A stretch of DNA of 64,000 nucleotides. Source: Dudresnaya verticillata. Taxonomy: Eukaryota. Below, piece after piece: positions 1 to 12,204 of the stretch. The notes below the pieces were generated by a model. It did no database searches. It saw only the letters and a list, made by a program, of their open reading frames with translations, and had not been told where the DNA came from. The first letter of the stretch is position 1; every line of letters starts with the position of its first letter. Made by a program: the position numbers and the translations under genes. The DNA lies in the NCBI GenBank assembly GCA_977862235.1, contig OZ374564.1, forward strand, positions 558,001 to 622,000, written 5' to 3'.

Positions 1-15
1 GACGGGAGTGCCCAG

Positions 16-1461
16 GTGGGGCAAGCTCCCTCGGGGTTTCAGCACCCCACCCTGCATGCTGCTCAGACCAATGACCAAGTGAAGGCCGACCCAAAAAAAC
101 TAAGGGTCCCTGGCGGTTTCGAGACCACAACGTTAGATCCTTACGGATCTAAGCGCATATTGACGCACAACGGGGTTGCTGGTGATACAACCGACAACCC
201 ACCGCATGAAGCGGCTGCCCTTCGCCGACCTTGGCATCGAAGCCGAGATCGACGTGGGTTTGCGGAGACCGATCCGCTTTGTAGCCTCTCAAGGAGTAAC
301 TACAAGGTCTATGCCGACGTAGGCACCAGACCATCGATGCTCGTGAGGTTGTTGACTATCCTCGACACCGGGGCAGGACCAAACTTTGTCCGCGCCGACG
401 TCCTGCCAAAGGACCACGAGAAGCTCATTAAGAAGAGCGACAATCTGCCAGGTGTCTCTGACGCGAATGGCAAGCCCTTGAAGCTCCTGGGCCATGTGTC
501 TCTTTGCGTGAGACTTGGAACACGAACGGTTAACACCACGTTCCTTGTTTGCGAAAGACTCGCAGCGCCCATGATTCTGGGTTGCCATTTCAATGATCGC
601 TTCGTTGAGGCGATTTTTCCTCGCAAGCGTGTGGTCGAGCTCGACGACGGGACCCAAGTTCCGATTGTCCGGAAGCCGATTGCTCGTTTGCAAGGCGCGC
701 CCCCGATGCCCGGAGCATCCAAGGATGAGACCGAAGTAAACGGTCGAGCTTCACCGAAGCTCAAGGTGACGAGAACAGTCACGATACCGGCCGGTACACA
801 GGCCTGGGCCCATTTAACCAATGGACGACTTGGGCTCTCAATACTCGAGCCATCTCCCGCGTTGTACGACAACCATCAGTTGGTCATGTCCAACGACGTG
901 GTGCACATAAAACCCCTTCGGGAGTTTAAAGTGCTTGTGGCGAACTTCTCTTCACATGAGAAGCGCCTGCAGCGGAACCAAGTAATTGGTTCGGTGCTGC
1001 TACACCCAAGGGCGTTAGTCTCCACCGTGGTGGAACTAGACCGGCTCTTGGCGGTTGAGTTTCAAGACTCACAACCAGTTGCGCCTAGCACGGCGCTTGA
1101 GAAGGGGGAGGTGACAAATCCCCAGGACGGCGAAGGCGATCCAGTTGACGCCGTCCCCCTTGACCATTTGGAACCTGGTCTACAGCGCAGCGTTCGAAAC
1201 ATGCTGCGCCCGTTTGCGTCCATGTGGAACGGCCGCCTCTGAGAGATCCGGGTGACGACGCATCTAATTGAGCTCAAGGAAGTCTCGAGGCCCTGCCGAA
1301 GTCAACCATATCGGGCAGAACCTAAGGCTCGTGAGTTCGAAGAGCAAACGGTGCGCGAAATGGAAGCGCAAGGAGTAATCTCCAAGTCCCAGTCAGAGTG
1401 GGCGTCGCCAGTCGTCTTTGCTCTCAAGCACGACGGCACGTTGCGGTTTTGTGTTGACTAT
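16..1461 (+). pseudogene. pol: Element A pol fragment: protease, linker and RT N-terminus
   Basis: ILDTGAGPNF; stop at 1240-1242; SEWASPVV...DGTLRFCVDY, after which RT homology is abruptly lost. Confidence 0.9.
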
Positions 1462-2035
1462 CCATCAGACCAGCCATCAGGAACCGGAGACGGTTCGGAC
1501 GGTGGATTTGACAGCCCAGCGAGCACCACCACGCCGCCTGGCCACATGGGAGGAAATCAGATCCTCACCCGCGCAAGCGGCCGCTTTGGCTCATGCCAAC
1601 CAGTCTGAGCTTCAGCGCCCTCGAGAGGTCGTGACCGAACGACTTGAAAGAGCGCGAGACGCTCCCCGACGCAATGCTTCCAAACCCAGCGTCATCCCAG
1701 ACCCAACAGGATCGACCAGCTCCATGGCCTTCGACATGACTCTTTTCGAGTCTCCCATCAAGCTATCAGCACCGATGGAGACGCCTACCAGCGTCACGCC
1801 CGCGGGCCGCGACGAGGAATTCGTCATCGAATCCATGCTCTCACATGGTGAGAATAACGATGGAGACCCGATGTTCAGGGTCAAGTTGTATGGCTACCCC
1901 GTCGCAGAGGCGACGTGGGAACCAGCCCACCACATTGACTATAATACTGTCACACGTTACTGTCGGCGGAAGAAACTCCGCATACCGGATCCTGCCCTTT
2001 GGCAACGTCCGGAGTCGGTTGGTCTGGACAACTAG
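1462..2035 (+). pseudogene. Element A integrase C-terminal tail with chromodomain; most of RT, RNase H and integrase deleted
   Basis: EFVIESMLSH...FRVKLYGYPVAEATWEPAHHI in ORF 1418..2035. Confidence 0.85.
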
Positions 2036-3693
2036 ACGCATCACAAGCCGAACGCGCTTTGGACAAATATAAGCGTCAAACCGTGGACAACTATAAGCGT
2101 CAAACCACCTCTAGCCGCCTGGCGTTATGAGGATGGTTGGTGGAGGCTTTCCGCCTCACTCAATAAGCCGCGACAACAGCGACAACCAGTGGTTCCGAAT
2201 CACAAGGCACATCCCGATATGAGGCGATCGAGCCTCCATGCATGCGACCACCACGACATGGACGCGAATATAGCGTCAAGTCTCAACCGTGGCTCGTAAA
2301 GCCCCCTGGTGGCGACATGAGGTCAAAGAGCCTCGGTGATTGCGCCTCTTCGGTGCTCACCACGCTGTGTCCAAGACAGCCTGCAGGGAGCAGTTAACGC
2401 TCAATGTGCGATGCACAGCGGTCGTTCAGAACGACAGTGACAACCGTCGTGCAACATGACTACGGAGTCGGTGCTTCAACAGCAGCACCCGTTTGGACGC
2501 GAATATAGCGTCAGCGTCATGATCGTGCCCTCGGCCTGCTTAAGCAGGCGCGATCGTCGGCACACTACCACACACGACCCTTGGTCGCCAGGGCCGACGT
2601 CGCAATACGCGACTCAACGGGTGTCCAACCCCGGCGCCGAATTAGGCGCGACATTGGCAGATTGCCAAACGGGCGCGAAGACAGCGCCATCATCGTGCAG
2701 CGATACAAGCTGCTATGCTCGGGGTTCCCCCGAGCAAGCGCCTGACGCAAGCGCAACAATGAGTGCGCCCCGCGCGGGGTGCAGGCACCCGCCGCGACGC
2801 GCAAGCCGAAGCGCCAACGCAAGCGCGCTTGTGGATCCGCGCAAAAAACAGCGCCCGCGCAACTTTGCGCGCGCCTAGAACGGCGCTACTGGTCCGCGCA
2901 TGCGCGCCGACCCGCGCTGAACCGACGCTCTAGCCCCGTACGGGTGTCCTTTTGCAACAGGACTTCGCGCTACGCCGCGCGCCGCTGTGGAACTGCAGCG
3001 AGCGCTCCGAGAGGAGGTACTCTCACGCCTATGGCGCACATCGCGGGATTTGCGACCAATTTGCGACGCGGCGACGCTGTGCGCCAGCGCGCGCACGAGG
3101 GCCATACTCTGACCAGTGATTGGCGCATCAATTTCTGCGCGATTTTCAGATCGGCGCCGACTCTTGTGTGCGGCGCGCACGCGCGCCTGGCGCAGGCGAA
3201 TTTCTGATACTTTTCTGCCTTGATTTGCAAATGGCGCACGGCCGATTTTATTGTGGCGCTTGGCTGACAAAGCGCTTACAGCATGCGCCAACAATGCCCG
3301 CGGCTCCCACCGAGGCCCGCACGCAACGGGCATGATACCACCGTGGCACCGCGGCTCGCGCACGCCACCTCCTTGGTCCCACGACCATGGCGCACGCCAA
3401 CCGCGCCCCGCAACGACACCGCGCGCCATGACCGCGCCGCAACGCAGAGCGGCAATCCCATTAGCTGCAACAACCCCGGAAAGGGTGTGTTTATTGACAA
3501 CACAATGGCGCGAACGCATGCGCCCGTGGTTGAAGCCGGCCTACAACGCCGCTCCCACCATGCGCTTTTAACCCAGCGCTCTATTGACCGTGCTTCCGGT
3601 CCACGCTCGCTCGTGCGAACTTGCCGCACCGAGCGCCGCTAATCATGGCTACGAATCATGACCCCAAACTTCGGATCCCGTTTTGCAAGGCAA

Positions 3694-5465
3694 TTAGGAC
3701 TTGCTAGCGGACGACGGCGGCATGCCGCCGCCACCACCAGCGCCCGCAGACGGCCCAGACTCCGGAGGAGGAGTCTTCTCCTCAATGTACTCCTGGGGAT
3801 CGATCTCCCCCTCACCGCATACCGGCTCACCGGTAGGCGTCGGCGAGATTGAAGCGCCAGGCCCCACCTTGGGCTCAGCAGCCGCTGTAGCTGCTGGAGC
3901 GGCACCCGCAGCCGCCTCAACGTCTTTCGGCGCCAGACCTGCTACTAAGGTCGCTGGGGATGTTGACGCCCCAGAATTCTGACGTGTCGGCACGTCCACA
4001 TCCATCGCGACAGGATCGTCGCCAGCTTCCACTGCAGAGGCAGGAGCAGCCACAGTCGCTGACGCTGCGACACCTGGGCCCCCAATGCCACCCGCACCTG
4101 TCGCAGTTCCAGCGACCGCCTGTGTGGCAACCGCGGCATACGAACGCGTATGCCCCAGGCCGTGGCGGCCACGACGCCGCGCCTGCGTGGGCTGCCCCGA
4201 TGTCGCGCTACCGCGACGGCGAACCTGCCCCGACAGGGGTGGGAAGCCATGATTGTCACCCCAATCACCCGAGCCACAAGTCCCCGTGGCACCCGCAGCA
4301 GCCTGCGATGTAGGAGCTGCTTCAGAAGCGTTACCAGCTTCAACATTTGGAGGCGCCACAGCCTCATCTTGAGCTTGGGGCGCAACGGCCCCCTTCAGCA
4401 GCTCCGGCTGCGCGACCTCGAAATGGTCAAAGTCGAACCGAACCCAGGTTCCGCAGGTGGGGGTCCCATATCGAAACCCCCACCCGGTGAGCGATTCACC
4501 TGGCGTGTACCACGCCGCCCTTGCCGACTGGGCACATCAGGCCAGTTAACCAGGCCATGGGCTTCAATAAGCCGCGGCAAGTGCACCGCCGCACCACCAA
4601 GGACTGCTGTGAAGTCCAGCTTCTCGTATTTCTCGAGAAGCTTATAGGGCATGTGGTACAACCGCCCGTCCACCACGCTCCATATCCAGCGCTTCGCAGT
4701 AAGAGCCACCCACTCGGCTAGGAACAAGACCCATAATTTGTCTCTCGGGTCAGCCGCCAGCCTCAGACCAAAGTAGGTCAGGACCGGCGGCGCTTCAGCC
4801 GTGAAGTCTAACGGCACCTCCCACTGGTCGAACCAGGCTGGGATGGCGGGATAGCGGGTGGAGAGCTCACTCGCCTAAAGTTGTGAACCTCCACCCCCTG
4901 GTACGCCAGGAAGACGCCGTAGCGATTGCGCTCACGGCGCTCCCATTTGCGCTGATGCCAATAGCTCGCCGCGCTCTCCCGCTCGACGAACGAGCGGTAG
5001 TTCGCTGGCAGAATGGGGCGGCACCACGCCCAAAGCGACTCATGGACTATGTCCCCAATGTCGTCGTCCAATATCTGGACGAACACGTCGGGATGAGTTC
5101 GTTGCACGGGGTGCGCTCCACGCGGTCAACCCAGAGCCGCACAAAGGCTCGGCGCCTCTCATCAGAGGTACGCCTATGGCGGAATGTCAACGCCTCGGAG
5201 TTCACGTAATACAGAACACCCAGTCACGACTAGTGACAGCGAGCACGTGTAGCCCTCCGGGCAACGAGCCAGAGGCGTCCATGTAAGCCTCAAGAATGTC
5301 CGGGGTGCGAACGGACTCCATGTGAAACCATGGTGCTCTCTCGAAGAGCAACGGGTGATGTCGCATTGAATTCCCGCGCAACTGAGCCTCGGTTGCGAAC
5401 CGGCTCGACTCAGGGACCGTCACAGGTCCAGCTTGAAACACCAGGCGATTCCGGAATCGGTCCAT
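3694..5465 (-). pseudogene. Element A antisense accessory ORF, fragmented, function unknown
   Basis: Collinear ORFs 5202..5465, 4808..5107, 4395..4817 and 3694..4359. The block WEVPLDFTAEAPPVLTYFG...LWVLFLAEW aligns with the antisense ORFs of C, D and F. Confidence 0.7.
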
Positions 5466-5865
5466 CTCGCGACACCAAGCTGATTGATCGCAGCAAGTCA
5501 GTCCACAGACTGGTCGCGTTCACACTAGCGACTGCACCAGTTGGGTATACCAACACCGGGGCACAGCACCGTCGGGAGACTCCGACACAAAAGCCCGGGC
5601 ACACGGGCAACACGAAGCGCAGAACAGCAAGCAGCGCAGCGCAGAAAACGCGCACGACGAACGCGAGAAATGGCAACCTCGCACGACACAGTGATGACAA
5701 CTGTGTTCTGGTCGGGCTCCACCGACAATGGGAGTTACTCCTTGGCCTTGATATGGCCTCACTCGCGCCCCGCGTTCAGGTGCAGCACCGACGACGAATG
5801 GTCCCTGGCGAAGACTTTTTCGCTTAATGTTTGAGCGTGGGCGCTCAACGCTACGAAGGGGGGTC

Positions 5866-6503
5866 TGTAGTGCACTGGCACTCGCCCCATTCGCCTGATC
5901 CAATTCCGGATCCTTTGTCTTACAGGCGCGCTTTACAGGCCCATTGTTGCCGACTGACTGACAGCACAGTCTACAGTAAGCACGAGCAGGCCCATTCAGC
6001 TCTCCACTCTAGATCTAGATCGAGCTCTAGCGCTAACAGCCTACTGTAGTGTAAGTGCATCTGCCGGCGCCGCCGCGCCGGCGGCGATAGTACTTAGACA
6101 CCTAGGGCTGCACATCTGGTAAACAGAGGGGCATCGACCCTCGGGCCTAACACTTCGGTGCCAAGCTTGGAGTCGCGCGGAACCCGAGTAGCCTCACGCC
6201 TAGGACATCGGTGCCGACCGAGTCCACGTGAGCCTATCTGCTCGTGGACCTCCGTGAACGCAGATCGACACCCGTTTACCAGTTCTACCGCGAGCTAGGT
6301 ACGCTACCGCTAACCTATCTCTACTGTCTACCTTTTCCCTTTTCCCTTTTCCTTTACCTTTTCCCTTTCCCTTTGGGTCCCTGCACTCTATCCTTTGCAG
6401 GGTGGTCTCCCGCACCGCGCCCGGACTGCGCGGGTGGCCTTACGATCAGGCCTTGCTTGTCCCTCCATCGGGACCTGTTTTGGTGGATTTTGAGTGCTCC
6501 ACA
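5866..6503 (+). repeat. 3' LTR of element A
   Basis: TG...CA ends with an imperfect inverted repeat; preceded by a purine tract at about 5855-5863. No partner LTR in the window. Confidence 0.7.
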
Positions 6504-6809
6504 AGGGGCCCGCACTAAACCGGCAGCGATGTGTACTTTGGGCTGTACCCATTTTCTGGTCTTCCTACGGTGCCACCGTTGTTCCCTTGCCTTGGGCGTC
6601 TACAAGCCCTATCGTGTATGACGATTGCTCTACGCTGTAGGGTTCGCCTTCCCTTTCCTTTGTTCCTGGGTATTACACCCATTACAAGTCTCTACCACAC
6701 CCCTTTTTCCCTTTTCCTTTGAGCTACCGCCCACCGTGAGTGTTTGTCCCCAGGACAGCTGTCGCGCCGTTTTATCGCCGACTACCTGGCCGAGGGCCAT
6801 TCTACTACA
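6504..6809 (+). repeat. Distal part of the 5' LTR of element C
   Basis: Near-identical to 42512-42818; ends CTACA directly before the PBS. Confidence 0.9.
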
Positions 6810-6810
6810 G

Positions 6811-6828
6811 TGGTCTCCCGACCTAGAA
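6811..6828 (+). promoter_or_regulatory. PBS of element C (TGGTCTCCCGACCTAGAA)
   Basis: TGG-starting 18-mer 1 nt after the LTR end; identical to the PBS in B and D. Confidence 0.9.
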
Positions 6829-7240
6829 CAAGTTCTCAGGGTCGGACCTTTTTTGTACCTTGCCATGGACAGGCCGAATCGAGAAGTCGAGCCAGGACGG
6901 AGTGTCCGTTGATTTTCAAGGTTCCAACCTCTCGAAGGGCAAAACTAGTCGTCTTACTGTCGACGGTTTCTACGCTTCACGTTAAGCTCCAGAGTAGTGT
7001 CAAATCTGTGAGCAAGCACAAGTTCGTTTTACGGTCTTATCCGTTTTTAGAAGTACCCTCTCACGGCGGAGTGACGCCCGGAGTGAGACTACCTCAACAG
7101 GTTTTCCGTGCATCCTGAGAAAACTCGAGTATAATACGGTTCCTACCGTCGAGGAGCCTGGGAAGAAGTCCCCGCTACCACATCGGCTGAACCGAGAGGA
7201 ACGTCATCAGACCGACGATACAGGTCCTGTTGAAGTCAAG

Positions 7241-7741
7241 ATGCCTACATCTAATGGTGATACAACGCGCCCCGGCTTATCTAACCGAGGCTCGAGTCGT
7301 ACAGGCAGTCTTGCCTCCGTAAGAACGGTAGGCGTCCGAACCCGTGCGGTCGTAACCGCTCTTGCAAACAATCCGGCAACGGAGGGGCTGGGACCCCCGC
7401 CCCAAACGACCGGCGTCCCAGCCGAAGAAGAACCACCTGGCCCTGGTAGGGATCAGGACCCTGACGGAGAAGACACGGTCCGAACCGTTGGAGAAGCCCC
7501 CGCTGACATCGGGGAGAATGAAGGTCCAGGCCATAGAATGATGCCGCCGCCCCTGGCGTTAGCCAGTGTTAAAGCTATGGGCGGACGAGCCCAGGAAGAA
7601 GAAACTCCGGCAACTCCGGACGAAGGGTTGCCAATTCGAACGAAGTATCATTCGTCTGATATCCGCTGTTTCACGGAGCCCGAGATTGGACGAATGGTCG
7701 AATTAGGCATCGAGAGATCCTTAACGACGAGCGTCGTGGCA
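7241..7741 (+). pseudogene. gag: Element C gag, 5' part; continues after the TSD at 30998
   Basis: Removing B restores the frame ...SLTTSVVA-LLESQANDTF. Confidence 0.8.
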
Positions 7742-8336
7742 TGTGGTGCAATCCACTGAGGAAGAAGCAACAGAGGATACACCTCGGGCTGTTCGGGGGC
7801 CCGTGGGTAGCGAGGGCTGGTTGGTAGAGCTGGGGAATGCCCCTTGGTGTGACTGTAGAACACCAAAAGACAGAAACAGGGAGGTTCCTTAGAAAGAAGG
7901 AAAAAGCAAGAGAAAATAAAGGAAAAACAGGATTCTGTACGATGAAGAAGGGTAGCGTACGTACTGGAGTCCAGCCTAGCGACGTAGTCGGTAGGGTAGG
8001 AGGGTATGTCTCGCTGGGCCCAAGCTTAGCCGTTTACTGTATGAGGGCGCACCTCCGGGCCCTAATATACTATGTACACGCGGGTGCGCCGCAAATGAAG
8101 TGGGGAAGGGAGCCTGCCACTTGGCAATTCCTGGCACGCGGAAAGGGATTAACTAAAAGTAACTAAAATTAAGGGCGCCTGACAGTGGGTACAGTAGCGA
8201 AGATCCGCCACCATAATCCGCCACCCGTCAACACCGGCGAGCACGACTTACAGGCCGGGCGCCTTACAGGGGCAGTCCCCAAGTACATTGCTGGCGGTGA
8301 ATCCGCGGTTTGAGGGAAATGAGCACAGGTGAGTTG
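7742..8336 (-). repeat. 3' LTR of element B; its remaining 7 bp (CACCACA) are displaced to 20014-20020 by D
   Basis: About 7 substitutions relative to 30391-30985. Confidence 0.95.
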
Positions 8337-9011
8337 TGTGGTGAAGTGAAAGGCACACCTGTAAGGAGAGCTGATCAGGCAATCCCAGTAAGGAGTGATC
8401 TCACACGGCACCGGGGTGGTAGAGCTTAGTTCGTAGACCGAAGGGAGTACCTCGAGCGGCAACACCTGTAAGGAGTAAAAGGACGCAACATACAAGGGGG
8501 ACGGTACAGTGCCAGGGCAGGTACACCGGGACGGAGGTAGGAGGAATCCGTGCACGGGGCTGGCGAGGGGAAACCGTAAAGGAGTATGAGGGTAAGGCTT
8601 AGGGTAAGTCACTTTGCCCAGGGTTGCGTACCCGTTTACTGTAGGACTCGCGGTGGCCATCCATTAATATACTGGGAGATACGCCCCGCGGTCCGGTCCG
8701 TGTGGGCCAGACCCCAATGGGTCTGGTCCACCAGGTGGGTCCGGCCCTACTGGTCCCGGTCACCGTTGCGGACATGCTCGGCATTCTTATTGGCCGGCTG
8801 ACACTACGTACTGTACAGCATGATTATAGTTACCTAATTACAAATAAATCAACTACTTGACTCCTATTGGTGGTGCGCGCAGACTCCAGCAAGGCGTACA
8901 GTGCTACTGTGTCGCTGCACTCCGTTTCGGCTTTTGGCGCCAGCTCACCACTGCGTCGGGCGCGGGTCGGCTCAACCGTCGTCCGCACTCCGAAACGGCC
9001 GCTTCACCACA
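8337..9011 (-). repeat. 3' LTR of element D
   Basis: TGTGGTGAAG...CTTCACCACA; near-identical to 19338-20008. Confidence 0.95.
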
Positions 9012-9167
9012 GACCCCCCTCCTTAAATGGCGACACGTCCTCGTGCGCCACAGCACGTCTTCTACGACTCCACTCAGGTTTACCCAACAACGGAGAGAGC
9101 CTCATCAGTACACTCCACTTCAGGAAGGTCTACCAACGGACAGGTCCAAACCGGTGTACCGCTAGCA

Positions 9168-11820
9168 ATGGCGGGCGGGAACACCGACCGCGCACGGAGC
9201 CCCTTCCAACTGACACGGCGTGCATCGTCGGTGGGGGCGGTTCCGGCGCCGGAGGCAGAAGAGGAAGGAGGCGGCCGAATCGCGGACACCATAGCGGGAG
9301 TTGCGGCGGCAGCGGGCACAACGCCGACGCTGCCAGCACGCGCGGGCAGCCCGAGGGTACCGCGACGGCGCGATGACAGCGAGGCTCGACAGGCGCCGAC
9401 TCCGCTTCCGGATCGAAAGGTTGGGCCGGGGGCACAACGACCCGGTCCTTCCAAAGGCAACACCGAGATGGATCTTGGGAGATATCGTCGTGCAACTCCG
9501 CATGGGCGATATGAGGCGTACGCGCAGGGTCTCCAGGTTGGTCGGGTGGGAGGTGGCGTGACCTTACCCCCACTCCACATGGGTGTTGGCGGTACGCTGT
9601 CGGGTTCAATGCAGTACGCGCCGGAGATGCAGGGGAATTATCATGGGCGCGTGGACTCGACAGGTTACACCGATGAAGGAACTTGGCCTGGCCGAGAATA
9701 CGATCACCGCACCGGGAGGCGCCAGCGTACCGAGGAGGAGCGCGATATGGTGCGTCTCCCCATGCCCGTATCGGTGTTCGTGTCCAACCATGGTGGCACC
9801 CTCGAGGGGCGTCGCTGCAGTGCTGTTCCAGACGTCGGTGGCTTGATCAACAACAAGCCGTTCCCGAATCGGCGGGAGGAGATGTAGCGAGCCAGGTGGA
9901 TTCACTCAAACTGCAGAGTGCGAACTCCAACCGGGTGTGACATCGTGTGGCTGAGGTGTCAGGAAGAAGAAGGCTATCCGGATAAGGTGTGCCGCTTGTT
10001 GGCCATGGCCCATCGACTGAGAGAGCATCCGGTTGGTGTCGAGTTCCTGTGCTACGAGAAGCCGTATGACCAAGGGGTTCACTGGTTTGCGAATCCGCGA
10101 CGGTGGGCCGACGACGCAGCGAAAGAGCATCGACTCCGGTTGCGGAGTAGAGATGGACGCCGTCTCGGAAGGGCGATACTCCACACTTGGAACACCAACG
10201 AATTCTTCCAGGTGCCGCCGGGAGCACACCGTCGCTTGTACTGCACCGCTCCGGATTGGTGGGCTGAGTATGAAGTCACCCGTTGGTTTTCAGTGCCAAC
10301 GCCGACGGTGGTGGCTTACTTCTCCAACCGGGTCATTCAGCATCGCGACTGGCAAGCTGCACATCCAGGCGGAGAGAAGTCAATCGACCATCCGCTGATG
10401 ACGGTGTTGGGTGGATACTCCAAGCGGAGTGGGCCATGTTAGTCCTCTTCTCCTGGTTACAGGTCACCTACAGGGGTGTAAGAGCCAATACCAAGATGAC
10501 CGACTGGAGGGCGTACCCGCGGAGCAGAACGGATCCGGAAGGTGGCGAGTGCAGGCGCATATTCAAGCTACCAGGGCCGGTGGTTACCCTTATACACCAA
10601 GTGGGAGTAGACCGGTTGGTGGAGGGGACCGAATACCCCTTGGCGCGTGTGGAACGCCTCTTCACGGTTCACGCAGACACCAATTCGGAGCGAACGCCAG
10701 GGTTCATCGGTTATCATTGGAATGACGACCGCGTGTTGTCGGTGCCACCGCTAAACTCCCGGTGTGGTATGGCGTATTTCGTATCGGAAGAAGACCCCGA
10801 GCCGGCGTGGTTGATCGACGAGAAGATGTCAAACTGGCATGCGATGCGTGCCCGCTCAAGGTTCTACCCCATGACGGAGGGGCCATCGAGGGCTCCGCCC
10901 TCACGTGAGTGGGGTACTCCATCCGGTGTGCCGTATCAACAGGGACGCCTCGACAGTCCGCCTGCAGACGAGATTACACCAGTAGGCATAAAGGTATGGG
11001 GCGACCGCACGACTTCGTCGCCCAAGAAGACCGTAACGGAGTCTCCTCCTGTAGGAGCGGAGATCGAGGCGCAGGGGGTTTGTCGGGAGTGGCCGCAGCA
11101 TCTATACCAATCGGGGCTTCGAAACCGGCTGTCTCGCCGAGGGTCAACGCGAACACCAAGTTGGACAAGGCGGCGAATACCGTAGCGGTAGGGAGGCCCA
11201 CGGTAGTGGCGGCAACCGCGGCTAAGTTGGGTCCCATCGGGGAGCACGACGACTCCGAGATGGAAGACGACGTTACACCAGTGGGGACCGACCAAGTGGA
11301 GGAACTCGCAACCAAACGGCCTGGAATAGCAGTGAAGGCCCCTACACCGAAGCGGGGTGAAGTTGCCAAACCGGTGTCGCCCGCGTCAAGTGACTCCGTG
11401 ACGTTTGTGGCCGCTGCTGGTCCAGGTGGAGGGCTACCCCGTCATATCGACCCCGTAGTGGTGAAACAAGAGGAGAATGCCCCGAGGGAGATGCCGAGTT
11501 GGACCGAAGCGGAGTTGCGCGTAGATGGGGCTGCCCTGCAGCGACTCCGCGAGGGGTGTAGAGACGCGGGCATGCCCCTTCCAGCGTCGGCGAACGAAGC
11601 CATTAACACCGCCGTGCTGTGGGTCGGGCGCCTGGCGCGCCTAAGGCGTACCATTCGCGCTTTGCGTCGACGCATGGCGGACACCGGCAGGAGACTCACC
11701 ATGATTACCGCAAGGGTGAATGGTGAAGATATTCCCGACTTGGAGGAGAGTGCGGCCAAGGAGGAAGATACGGAGGCCGACTTGGCGCCGCCAGCGAAGC
11801 GTCCGCGAAATGCGGTGTAA
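9168..11820 (+). pseudogene. Element D antisense accessory ORF, about 880 codons with one stop and frameshifts
   Basis: ORFs 9027..9887, 9918..10442, 10283..11185 and 10909..11820 are collinear with the homolog at 44898-47433. The N-terminus MAGGNTDRARSPFQLTRR is conserved with F. Confidence 0.8.
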
Positions 11821-12204
11821 GCGTAGAAATGCCACTTGTCAATAAAATCTTGTGATTTTTGTGAGCCCCCCCTTCCAGTGGCAGAGGGGAAGTGGAATAA
11901 CACCACTGTGGAGTGAGTCCCGAAGTGGCGGGGGTACCCTACACCATACAAGGCTTTGCGTCAAGTTGACGACCACCTCATACCAGAAGTGTTTGCTCGC
12001 TTGCCGGCGACCCACCAATATGGAGTAGAGCCCCTTGGGCAAGGGTTCTGTGGTTCCAGAGTCCGGAGGTCATGCCCATTTTCTACCAATACCAAGTCAC
12101 CAATATGGAGTAGAGCCCCTTGAGCAAGGGTTCTGGCAACACGGAGTCCACGGGTCATGCTCGATTTTTCCAAATCCCCTACTGCGTGGGTGAGTAGCGA
12201 CTGG

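Larger units (their letters stand above)
1..6503 (+). mobile_element. Element A: internally deleted Ty3/Gypsy chromovirus-like LTR retrotransposon; 5' end lies outside the window; inserted in the 5' LTR of element C
   Basis: Aspartic protease (LDTGAGPNF), start of RT, chromodomain, then PPT AAGGGGGGTC and an LTR TGTAGTGCAC...GTGCTCCACA (5866-6503). Sequence matching C's LTR resumes at 6504. Confidence 0.85.

Noticed and set aside
2456..3642. Cluster of Arg/Ala-rich ORFs on both strands
   Set aside because: GC-rich low-complexity DNA with overlapping ORFs in many frames, no motifs and no homolog in the window.
7837..8801. Duplicated ORFs (also at 30486 and 19587)
   Set aside because: These are incidental ORFs duplicated because they lie inside LTRs.
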